64,000 nt of DNA, taken from positions 4,448,001 to 4,512,000 of the forward strand of contig CAWDXG010000004.1 in NCBI GenBank assembly GCA_963806225.1, written 5' to 3'. The notes below the pieces were generated by a model, which had not been told where the DNA came from, did not search any database, and was given only the letters and a program-made list of their open reading frames with translations. The position numbers were made by a program, and so were the translations under genes. This document shows positions 48,468-58,585 of the stretch, piece after piece (the stretch's first letter is position 1; each line of letters starts with the position of its first letter). The DNA is from an uncultured delta proteobacterium (lineage in GTDB: Bacteria > Myxococcota_A > Polyangia > Polyangiales > Polyangiaceae).

Positions 48468-50498
48468 CTAGTACGGCGAAGTCACGGTCGCGTGCGCATT
48501 CGTCAGCCCGCTCTTGAAGAACCCGACGTACTGCTGCTGCGCTTCCGGGCTGAAAATGAGCTCGCCGTGCGTGGCGGGCTTTCCGCCCTCGATAAGATCG
48601 AACAGCGTGACGACGCCCGTTCCGCCGGTCGGAAGGTTCCCGGTGACAGGTGCCTTCACCGTTTTCACTCCGGAAATCGCGTGCACCGGGTGGACGAGCT
48701 CGAGGCCGAGCGCCCGGGCGAGCGCTTCACTCGAGCTGTTGGGCACGATGTTGTCGTCCTGCACTTCCTGCAGCAGCACGTCGCGCGGCTTCCAGCCGCT
48801 CACGCCGTCGAGCGGCTCGAGCGTGGCGTTCGGCGCGAAGTTGAGCGGGTCGCCCGGATCGACCAGCACCTGGCTGACGGCGAAGAAGCGGGCGACGGCA
48901 CCGTAGGGCGTGCCATTCGGCACCATGCCCTTGACCACCACGTTGAACAGCCCTGAATCGCGGAGCAGCGTGGTCAAGCCGTCTCCGCCGACGTTCCACG
49001 TGGCGTCGGTGATCTCGGGTGCCAGTGCGAAGAGGGTCGCGCCCTGCACCGAGCCGAAGGAATGTCCGATGTACAGGATGTGCGATAGATCCAGATCGGG
49101 CACGCCGTCCGGCGCGGACTTTCCGTTGGCGTCGAGCGGAAGCAGGTCGAGCTGGCCGAGCGACTCGATGAAGCGCACCAGCTCCAGCTGGTCGGAGCTC
49201 ATCTGGCGGAAGTTGTCGCGCGCGCGCTCGATGTCGAAGCCCTGCGTCTTCGGGTCGATGCCGAAGAAGCCGTACACGCTCGAGATCAGCGTCGACGTGG
49301 AGCCCGCTGGGGCGCGGGAGCCGTGCTCGGGCGAGTCGATCGCGAACACGGCCACGCCGCTCGCGGAAAGCGAGGCCAGCCGCTGCGCCGTGCCCCACGC
49401 ACCGTCCTTGTCGCCGCCCAGGCCGTGCTGGAAGATCACGACCGGGCGCTTGCCGCCCTTCGTCGAGTCGGAAAAGTCGAGGAAGGTCTCGAGCTCTGCC
49501 GTGCTCTGTGCGACGGGCGCGCCGCCCTTGCCGGTCTGCCACTTGCCGTCGTCGAAAGCGAGCGGCTGCCCCGCTGGGCGGGCTTTCCGGAATTCGGGCG
49601 CGGCGAAGGTGGCGCGGAAGCGCACCTCGGTCTTGTCCGTCTTCACCAGCGACCACGGGTCGCCCTGCGCCGGCGGAGGAGCAGCGCGCGCGGCCTTGGC
49701 CATCGCAATGATGCCGTCTTTCACCGTTGCGGTCGTGAACACGGTTGCGCACACCACGTCGCCGCGGGCGACGCCCACGCTGTTCTCGATCACGTCGAGC
49801 GCGTCGGAGATCTCCTTGCCATACGCGTCCCCGGACTTTCCGTGGATGAGCGCGTCCATGTCCTTCGATCGACCGACAGGCGTGCCGTTCTTGGCGTGGA
49901 GCTTCTTCGTCGCCACGAACGCGTAGCGGGTGCCGGGCGTTAGCGGGACGGCCGGCTGTGCGATGAGCGTGAACTCGTCGGTAGTGTAGAAATCGTCCTT
50001 GGCCTGCTCCCACCACGTCGGGATGAGCCCGACGGGTTTGCCCTGGTCTTTCGACTCCGGGTCCACGTTCACCAGGAGCAGAGGCGAGTCCGGTTTCTTG
50101 TAGTCGTTGGCGTCCAGCACCGCGCCCGTCACCGGCGGGTTAGCGTCGGGCAGATCCACGAGGCCGGTGGGATCGATGGGCGACGTGAATTCCATCAGGA
50201 CCCCGCCCGTCGTGGAAAAGCCGTCCATCGCGTCGAGCTCCTTGGCCGTGTCCGGATAGGCGGCCACGAGCTGGTCGGCGGTCTTGGCCGACGTGATGTC
50301 GACGCGGAGCCCCGTGGGGGTCGACGGGTCGGGCACCGTGTAGCGATCCGACGGATACGGCGTCAGGTCCGACTGCGCGGCGGGGCCGTACTTCGCTATC
50401 GAGCTCGGCGCCTTCGAGCCGGAATCGGCGCCGGAGCATCCGCACAAGAGCGCCAGCGCGAGCGGCGGGGCAAGCAGCAGGGAATTGCGGAAAGCCAT
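48468..50498 (-). CDS. Lipoprotein with an Ig-like domain and an alpha/beta hydrolase (extracellular lipase-like)
   Basis: Lipobox LCGC, PYPSD, DGFS, FQHG, GHSFG, DxIVPN, H. Confidence 0.75.
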   Translation of the reverse strand: MAFRNSLLLAPPLALALLCGCSGADSGSKAPSSIAKYGPAAQSDLTPYPSDRYTVPDPSTPTGLRVDITSAKTADQLVAAYPDTAKELDAMDGFSTTGGVLMEFTSPIDPTGLVDLPDANPPVTGAVLDANDYKKPDSPLLLVNVDPESKDQGKPVGLIPTWWEQAKDDFYTTDEFTLIAQPAVPLTPGTRYAFVATKKLHAKNGTPVGRSKDMDALIHGKSGDAYGKEISDALDVIENSVGVARGDVVCATVFTTATVKDGIIAMAKAARAAPPPAQGDPWSLVKTDKTEVRFRATFAAPEFRKARPAGQPLAFDDGKWQTGKGGAPVAQSTAELETFLDFSDSTKGGKRPVVIFQHGLGGDKDGAWGTAQRLASLSASGVAVFAIDSPEHGSRAPAGSTSTLISSVYGFFGIDPKTQGFDIERARDNFRQMSSDQLELVRFIESLGQLDLLPLDANGKSAPDGVPDLDLSHILYIGHSFGSVQGATLFALAPEITDATWNVGGDGLTTLLRDSGLFNVVVKGMVPNGTPYGAVARFFAVSQVLVDPGDPLNFAPNATLEPLDGVSGWKPRDVLLQEVQDDNIVPNSSSEALARALGLELVHPVHAISGVKTVKAPVTGNLPTGGTGVVTLFDLIEGGKPATHGELIFSPEAQQQYVGFFKSGLTNAHATVTSPY

Positions 50499-50582
50499 TA
50501 CCCCAGGGTAGCCCAACCGGTCGGCCGGGCAAACCCCGGTAGGCCACTGAAGTCCGGGCACCGCGCGCGCCGATGCGGCTGG

Positions 50583-52568
50583 CTACCTTTCTTCGAGCAG
50601 CTTCCTCAGCGCCGCGGTCAGCGCGTCGATGGTGAACGGCTTCTGCAGGAAGCTCGCCCTGGAGAGCTCGGCGCTGTCGAGAGCGGCGTCAGGGTAGCCG
50701 GATACGAACAGGATGCTGCTCTCCGGGTGGTACTCGCGGAAGGCATGCGCGAGCTGCCGTCCATTCTGGTCGGGCAGGATCACGTCCGTGATGAGCGCGT
50801 CGATGTTTTCCTTGCGAGCAGACGCCAGCTCCAGTGCTTCTTTCGCGCCGCTTGCTGCAAGCACGGTGTAGCCGCGACTTCCAAGGCCGCCCACCACGGT
50901 CCTCTGGACCAGCGGCTCGTCCTCCACCACCAGCACCGTTTCGACCCCCCGGCGCGTGAGCGGCGTGGTGCGCGCGGAGGGTGCGCTCGCGCTCTCCTCG
51001 AGGCGTGGCAGGTAGATCTCGAAGCGGGTTCCCTTGCCAAGGGTGCTGCTCGCGCTGATGTCGCCGGACAACTGCTTGATGAGGCCATACGCGCTCGCCA
51101 GCCCGAGGCCGGTGCCCAGCTCCTTCGTGGTGAAGAACGGCTCGAACACGTGCGCCAGCGTTTCCTTGTCCATGCCGACGCCCGTGTCGGTGACGGTTAT
51201 TCTGACGTAGTCGCCCGGCGGCAGGCCGCCGGGGGCCGCCGCCTGCTTCCCGTCCAGTGCGAGGGGCGCGGCTTCGATGCATAGCGTGCCTCTATCCGGC
51301 ATCGCGTCCCGCGCATTGACTGCCAGGTTGATCAGGACCTGCTCCAGCTGCCCGCGGTCGGCCTTGACCGGCAGAGGCTGCTCCGTTGTTGCGCAGACGA
51401 GCTCGACCTGTTCGCCCAGCAGGCGCCCGAGCAATTGCTCCACGTCGGCGACGAGAGCGTTCACGTCGACGATCTGCAGCTGGATGACCTGCTTCCGTGC
51501 GAACGAGAGCAGCTGCCGCGTGAGCTCGCCGGCCCGCCCCGCGGCCCTCTCGATCTGCTCGAGGTGTCGCCCCGGGCCGCTGTCGGGATCCACCTTGCGC
51601 TGCGCGAGCTCGGCCGAGCTGAGGATGACGGTGAGCAGGTTGTTGAAGTCGTGGGCGACTCCGCCGGCGAGCCGCCCGATGCTCTCCATCCGCTGCGCCT
51701 GCAGGAGATCAGCCTCCAGGCGGCGTAGCAGCGACACATCCATGAGCGTGCCCACCATGCGGCCGTGGCGTCCCTGCTCATCGTCCAGCACGCGCCCCTG
51801 GCTGTGCACCCAGCGCATCTCACCGTCCGGACGCACGATCCGGTATTCGAATGCGAACTCGTCGCCCTCCGGTCGCTTCAGGGCTTCCTCGACCGTCTTG
51901 TGCACGCGGTCGCGATCATCGGGGTGGATGAGTTGCACGAACAGCTCGTAGCCGCTCTCCGTCTCGTCGAGTCGAGCGCCGAGGACCTCGTCCAGCTCCC
52001 TGGACCAGGTCACCTTGTCCTCGTGGACGAGCCACTCCCAGGTGCCCATGCGCGCCGCCGAGAGCGCCAGACGCAGCCGCTCTTCGCTGTCGCGCAGCGC
52101 CTGCACGGCACGGCGTTCCTCGCTCACGTCGCGCACGATAGCCAGCGCTCCGGTGAAGCTGCCATCCGGCGCATACACCGGGCTGCTCGACATGCTGGTC
52201 ACGACCAGGCTGCCGTCGCGTCGCACGAAGGTGAAGTCGTGCCGTTCGGTCACGCCCCGCGAGCGGCGCTCCAGGTTCGATTCTGCCCGGAGCTGTGCCT
52301 CCTCTTCGGCGAAGTCGTACATCGTCGAGTCGAGCAGCTCTTCCAGCGTTGCGCCCAGGATCTCCGCCATGCGCTGGTTGCCGAAGGTCGTGCGGCCCTC
52401 GGCGTCGATGGCCCAGATGCCGTCGGCCGAGTGGTCCATGACGAGGTGCAGCCGCTCTTCGCTCTCGTGCAGCGCCTGCTCGGTTTCGCGCTGCGCCCGG
52501 AGCTCGTCGCGCAGCTCGGCGTTTTCCTGCCGCAGCGCGGCGAGTTGGTCTTCCACCCCTCGTATCAC
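50583..52568 (-). CDS. PAS-PAS hybrid sensor histidine kinase
   Basis: AHDFNNLL, NARDAM, EPFFTTK, receiver domain. Confidence 0.92.
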   Translation of the reverse strand: MIRGVEDQLAALRQENAELRDELRAQRETEQALHESEERLHLVMDHSADGIWAIDAEGRTTFGNQRMAEILGATLEELLDSTMYDFAEEEAQLRAESNLERRSRGVTERHDFTFVRRDGSLVVTSMSSSPVYAPDGSFTGALAIVRDVSEERRAVQALRDSEERLRLALSAARMGTWEWLVHEDKVTWSRELDEVLGARLDETESGYELFVQLIHPDDRDRVHKTVEEALKRPEGDEFAFEYRIVRPDGEMRWVHSQGRVLDDEQGRHGRMVGTLMDVSLLRRLEADLLQAQRMESIGRLAGGVAHDFNNLLTVILSSAELAQRKVDPDSGPGRHLEQIERAAGRAGELTRQLLSFARKQVIQLQIVDVNALVADVEQLLGRLLGEQVELVCATTEQPLPVKADRGQLEQVLINLAVNARDAMPDRGTLCIEAAPLALDGKQAAAPGGLPPGDYVRITVTDTGVGMDKETLAHVFEPFFTTKELGTGLGLASAYGLIKQLSGDISASSTLGKGTRFEIYLPRLEESASAPSARTTPLTRRGVETVLVVEDEPLVQRTVVGGLGSRGYTVLAASGAKEALELASARKENIDALITDVILPDQNGRQLAHAFREYHPESSILFVSGYPDAALDSAELSRASFLQKPFTIDALTAALRKLLEER

Positions 52569-52668
52569 TCTGGTTACCTAGTATTCGGCCGTCCTGGCCG
52601 GCTGTCGAGCGCGCTCCGCGTGCGGATGACAATCGTCTGTGGGGCCGCGAAGTGGTACCACGCAGGCG

Positions 52669-53235
52669 ATGACGGCAGCCGACGACGCGGTGCTGGTCTG
52701 GCAGCAGATCGAAGCGGAAGTCCGTTCCCGGGCGCCGGCACTAACGTCCCGCCTGCTGCCGCCCGCTTCGCCGCAGGCTCTGTCGCGCGCAGAAGCCGCG
52801 CTGGGAGTGGAGCTGCCGGACAGCGTCGTGGCCGTCTATCTGGTGCATGATGGCCTCGGCGTGCCCGCGGTGCTCGAATCGCGGACGCGCGCCTCCGCGC
52901 TGCTGCCGCTCGCGGAGATGCTCGAGCACTGGCGGAGCCTGACCGGTCTCCTCGACGAAGGGCGCTTCGACGACTGCGCAGTCGAGCAGGTGCGCGGCCC
53001 GGTCAAGGCGGACTGGTACAATCGCGGTTGGCTGCCCGTCGCCAGCGACGGCGCCGGCAACTACTTCTGCATCGATCTGGATCCGGCAGAAGGCGGCACG
53101 CCGGGACAGGTGATCGCTTTCCGTCACGACTCGCCCGAGCGCTGGGTGGAGGCGCCGGATCTTGCGACCTTTGTCGCTACGCATCTCGACGTGGAGGAGT
53201 GGGCGGAGCGCGAGGGCGCCGCGCGGAAGCGCTAG
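52669..53235 (+). CDS. SMI1/KNR4 family protein
   Basis: LLPPAS...AEAALGVELP...HDG; WLPVASDGAGNYFCIDLDP..GG..GQVI. Confidence 0.85.
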   Translation: MTAADDAVLVWQQIEAEVRSRAPALTSRLLPPASPQALSRAEAALGVELPDSVVAVYLVHDGLGVPAVLESRTRASALLPLAEMLEHWRSLTGLLDEGRFDDCAVEQVRGPVKADWYNRGWLPVASDGAGNYFCIDLDPAEGGTPGQVIAFRHDSPERWVEAPDLATFVATHLDVEEWAEREGAARKR

Positions 53236-53321
53236 ATTGACTGCGGTCAACCAGTGCCCTGACCGGCGCCGGGTGGACGCGAGCACGCCGCTGCTAGCCT
53301 CCAGGCCAAGGGAGGTACGGC

Positions 53322-53759
53322 ATGCCGAGTGCGCACGAGGATTTCTGGAAGAGCCCGAGCTTTGCGTTCGTGGGCCATTCCGCCGTCCAACGCTTTCCCG
53401 AGCTCAGCTACAAGAAGAGCAAGAAGCTCGGCAAGAAGGTGTTCGCGATCGATCCGGGTGCGGACCGCATCCAGGGCGATCGCGCGTACCACGGCTTCGA
53501 CGAGCTGCCCGAGAAGGTCGAGTCGGTGGTGCTGGAAGTGCCCCGCGCCGAGACGGCCGAGTGGGTGGAGAAAGCGGCGGATGCGGGCGTCAGGAACGTG
53601 TGGGTCCACATGCTTCGTGACACGCCCGAGGCGCTCTCGATCGCGCAGGAGCGCGGGTTGAACGTACTGACCGGCTCCTGTGCCGTGATGTATCTGGACC
53701 GGGGCCCGTCGTACCACTCGGTGCACAAGCTCATCGCGAAGCTCACCCACCGCTACTGA
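53322..53759 (+). CDS. CoA-binding (YccU-like) protein
   Basis: GGAGG RBS. AFVGHS, GVRNVWVH, GSCAVM. Confidence 0.75.
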   Translation: MPSAHEDFWKSPSFAFVGHSAVQRFPELSYKKSKKLGKKVFAIDPGADRIQGDRAYHGFDELPEKVESVVLEVPRAETAEWVEKAADAGVRNVWVHMLRDTPEALSIAQERGLNVLTGSCAVMYLDRGPSYHSVHKLIAKLTHRY

Positions 53760-53824
53760 AAGCCCGCGGCGGCAGGCGGAGCCACGCGCTGACAGCGCGT
53801 GCGCCGTGTGCGAGCATCCTCCGC

Positions 53825-55142
53825 ATGCCCGTACCCGCCATTGCCCTGGCTGCTGCCCTGGGTATGAACGTGCACCTCCCGCCCGCCGACACGCTGGATC
53901 TCGCCAGGGATCTCGGCAGCGAGTGGGTGCGCATCGACTTCAACTGGGACGTGGCCGAGCCGACCGAGGGAAACTACGACTGGTCAAAGCTCGACGCCGT
54001 CATCGACGCCGCCGACGCGCGCGGCCTGAGCGTATACGCGACCATCGGCTACACGCCGGCGTGGGCCTCCATCTCGAACGACCGGAACGGCGACGGCGCG
54101 AAGAACGACGTACCCGACCCGGTCAAGTACGCGCGCTTCGTCGGCGACGCCGTGAAGCGCTACTCCAGTCGCGTCGCGGCCTGGGGCACCTGGAACGAGC
54201 CGAACCTGGGCGATTTCTTCGAAGGCACGCGCGACGAGTGGATCAAGGACGCGTTCGAGCCCGCGGTCGATGCCGTCAAGAACAACTGCAGCGGTTGCCT
54301 GGTGGTCGGCCCGGAGCTCGCGACCATCGGCGGCAAGTACGAGGACTACCTGCGCGCCGCGCTGGCCTCGCGCGGAAGCAAGCTCGACGCGGTGAGCTTC
54401 CACGACTACGCATCGTTTCCAGAGGACGACCCGGCCGCGGGCAAGACGAAGGACAGCTTCTACAACAAGCTGGACAGCCATCGCGTGTTGAAGCTCGGCA
54501 ACACCACCGTGTACGAGGGGCCGCTGTCCGTTCGCGAGGTGCTGCTCGACACTGGCTTTTCCAGGAAGCCCGTGTGGATGACCGAGACGGGGCAGGAGGC
54601 GGCCGTCGGCGACCCGGCAGCGCTCGACCAGCAGAAGCAGTACGTCGGCCGCGTGGTGGACGCGATGCTGTGCCGCCCGTGGTGGAAGCGCACGTTCTTC
54701 TACGAGCTCAGCGAGGAACATCCGAACGGCATGTGGCCCGACATCCACTGGGGTCTCGCGCTGCGCACCGCAGGGCCGGATGCGACGTATGCCGACAATT
54801 TCCAGAAGAAGCCGGCGTTCGATGCCCTCTTGGCGCGCATCCAGGCCTGCGCATCGAACAGCGCCACGGGCTGCATGCCCACCTGCAGCAACGGCGCGGG
54901 CGGCGCGGGCGGCGCGGGCGGCGCGGGCGGCGCGGGCGGCGCGGGCGGCGCGGGCGGCGCGGGCGGCGCGGGCGGCGCGGGCGGCGGGGCCGGAGCCGGC
55001 ACCGGCGCGACGACGGATGTCAGTGCGGGATCGGGATGTGGTTGCAGGGTGGAGGGCCCGGCCCCAGATCCTCTGTACCCCGGGTTTGCGGGTGTGGTGG
55101 CTCTGCTGGCGGCGTGGACGCGGCGCCGGCGAGGAGCGCAGA

Positions 55143-55165
<23 letters not shown>
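53825..55165 (+). CDS. Clan GH-A glycoside hydrolase (GH5/GH39-like) with a MYXO-CTERM tail
   Basis: WNEPN acid/base, WMTETG nucleophile, Gly-Ala linker, GCGCRV-TM-RRRR sorting signal. Confidence 0.8.
54893..54982 (+). repeat. Perfect 9-bp tandem repeat (GGCGCGGGC)x10 encoding a (GAG)n linker
   Basis: Read directly from the sequence. Confidence 0.9.
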
Positions 55166-56556
<1,391 letters not shown>

Positions 56557-56571
56557 CGGCCGCCCAGAGCC

Positions 56572-58437
56572 ATGCACGCCCCGGAACCATCCGGTCGGAG
56601 TTTTCTGAAGATCGTCGCCGGGGTCGGCGTCGCGATGCTCGTCATCATCGCGCTGACGGTGCGCGTGATGCTCGGCAATCCGCAGCGACCGGTGGCCAGC
56701 GCCGACGAGCCGCCGAAGCCGCCCGACCAGTGCGTCGTCTGCCACAAGACGCGCGCCGACGACCCGGGCGGCTCCCACGCGGCGGCGCAGATCGGCTGCG
56801 CGAGCTGTCACCTCGGCAACGCGAAGGCCACGACTAGAGTCGCCGCACACTCCGGCATGGAGCCCGAGCCCGGCGCGCTGTCGACCGTGGACCGGACCTG
56901 CGGCAAGTGCCACACGCGCGAAGCCGCGACCGTGAAGACATCGCTCATGGCAGCCGCGCGGGGCGTGGTCGCCGTCGACCGCTGGGCGTTCGGCGAGCAG
57001 AAGACACCGAACGGCGTGCAGACGATGGAAGAGGCGATCACCGCGAAAGAGCCGACGCCCGCCCAGGATCACCTCGGGCGGCTGTGTGGCGGCTGCCACA
57101 TCGGCGTGCGCAAGGACAACCGCGACGACGCCGTGCAGGGCATCGGCACCGGCTGCAGCTCCTGCCACGTCGCAACGCACTCGCCCGACAACCCCCACCC
57201 GAAGATCCTGAAGAGCGTGCCCGACCGGCAGTGCCTCGGCTGCCACTCGCGCAGCGCGCGCATCAGCCTGTCGTACCAGGGGCTCGCCGAGGCGTCCGGA
57301 CCCTACGCGGACAGCTGCAAGAACCCGACGAAGCTGTTCGATGGGCGCGCGGGATGTCGGCTCGACGAGGACGTCCACCACGCCGCGGGCATCGGCTGCA
57401 CCGACTGTCACCTGCACACCGAGCTGATGGGCGACGGCGTCGTGCGCAAGCACGAAGCCGAGCAGGTCGAGATCGGCTGCGAGACCTGCCATGGCCCGGC
57501 CAAGGACGCGCGCTGGTCCGACGCGAAGGATCCGATCTCGAAGGACCTCCTGCGCATCCACAAGCAGAAGCGCGCGCCCAGCGAGAAGGTGCGGCTCGGC
57601 CAGCGTGGCACACCGCTGTGGAACCTGCGCCCGTCCGCGAAGGGCTGGCAGCTGTTTCCCAAGTCCGGCGGCAGACCCTGGCCCGTCAAGCCGACGCCGC
57701 GCGACGAAAACCACCGGCTTCCCGGTCACGAGCGGCTGACCTGCACGTCCTGCCACGCGGCGTGGATGCCGAGTTGCCCTACCTGCCACACGCGTTTCGA
57801 TCCCGGCGCAAAGCAGTGGGACTTCGGGCGCGCCGCCGTCGCGCCCGGCAAGTGGATCGAGGAGAACGACGGTATGGGCTACGGCGTGCCCGGGCTTGCC
57901 GTGCGCGCCGACGGACTCATCGCGCCCGCCGCACCGGGGATGATCGCAGAGCTCGACGCGCGCGCTGCGGGAGGAACCTCGCGCGACCTGCGGTTGCTCT
58001 CGAGCTACGACCCGCACACCACGGGGAAGAAGGCGCGCGACTGCGCCTCGTGCCACGACTCGGCGCGCGCGCTGGGGCTCGGCACGGGCGCGCTCGACCT
58101 CGGCGCGGCGGGGCCCCGCTTCCACCCGGCGCATCCCGATCCGCGCGACCCGCGCTACGCCGCCGATGGCTGGACGCGGCTCTTTCCGGACAAGCCGGCA
58201 GAAGCCACCCGCGTCGGCGCCCGTGGGCTCGACGCGAGCGAGCAGCGGAGGGTGCTGCGGGTCGGCGCGTGCCTGCCCTGCCACGCGCGGGCCGCGGACC
58301 CGATCTGGCGGGATTTCCAGGCTTCCATCACGCGCTTGGCTGCCGGTGGGACAACCTGCAAGGGCCACGCATGGGCCTGGGTGAAACGGCGCGTTCCAGG
58401 TCCGCGACACCGCGTTCCAGTACATGAACCGAATTGA
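56572..58437 (+). CDS. Membrane-anchored dodecaheme cytochrome c (ExtM-like)
   Basis: N-terminal TM helix and 12 CxxCH motifs (CVVCH, CASCH, CGKCH, CGGCH, CSSCH, CLGCH, CTDCH, CETCH, CTSCH, CPTCH, CASCH, CLPCH). Confidence 0.9.
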   Translation: MHAPEPSGRSFLKIVAGVGVAMLVIIALTVRVMLGNPQRPVASADEPPKPPDQCVVCHKTRADDPGGSHAAAQIGCASCHLGNAKATTRVAAHSGMEPEPGALSTVDRTCGKCHTREAATVKTSLMAAARGVVAVDRWAFGEQKTPNGVQTMEEAITAKEPTPAQDHLGRLCGGCHIGVRKDNRDDAVQGIGTGCSSCHVATHSPDNPHPKILKSVPDRQCLGCHSRSARISLSYQGLAEASGPYADSCKNPTKLFDGRAGCRLDEDVHHAAGIGCTDCHLHTELMGDGVVRKHEAEQVEIGCETCHGPAKDARWSDAKDPISKDLLRIHKQKRAPSEKVRLGQRGTPLWNLRPSAKGWQLFPKSGGRPWPVKPTPRDENHRLPGHERLTCTSCHAAWMPSCPTCHTRFDPGAKQWDFGRAAVAPGKWIEENDGMGYGVPGLAVRADGLIAPAAPGMIAELDARAAGGTSRDLRLLSSYDPHTTGKKARDCASCHDSARALGLGTGALDLGAAGPRFHPAHPDPRDPRYAADGWTRLFPDKPAEATRVGARGLDASEQRRVLRVGACLPCHARAADPIWRDFQASITRLAAGGTTCKGHAWAWVKRRVPGPRHRVPVHEPN

Positions 58438-58540
58438 TTCAAATATGAAACGTAGCGTTTCGGTCACCCAGCTGGTTCTGGGACAGATAAGTCTAATATA
58501 TTGATATAATTGGTGTTTCTAGACTGGCCCGGGCCTTGCT
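58382..58540 (+). promoter_or_regulatory. Sigma54 promoter of the psr operon: four phased UAS, IHF site, -24/-12
   Basis: TGAAACG-N3-CGTTYC-like sites at 58382, 58403, 58425 and 58446. IHF consensus TATCAATATATTA on the minus strand at 58494-58506. CTGGCCCGGGCCTTGCT at 58524-58540. Confidence 0.8.
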
Positions 58541-58585
58541 GTGGCTCCAGGTGGAACGCGCTTCCGCGCTGCCTGGAGGCCCACG

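Noticed and set aside
52669..53235. SMI1/KNR4 gene as part of a polymorphic toxin locus
   Set aside because: No toxin or secretion gene is adjacent.
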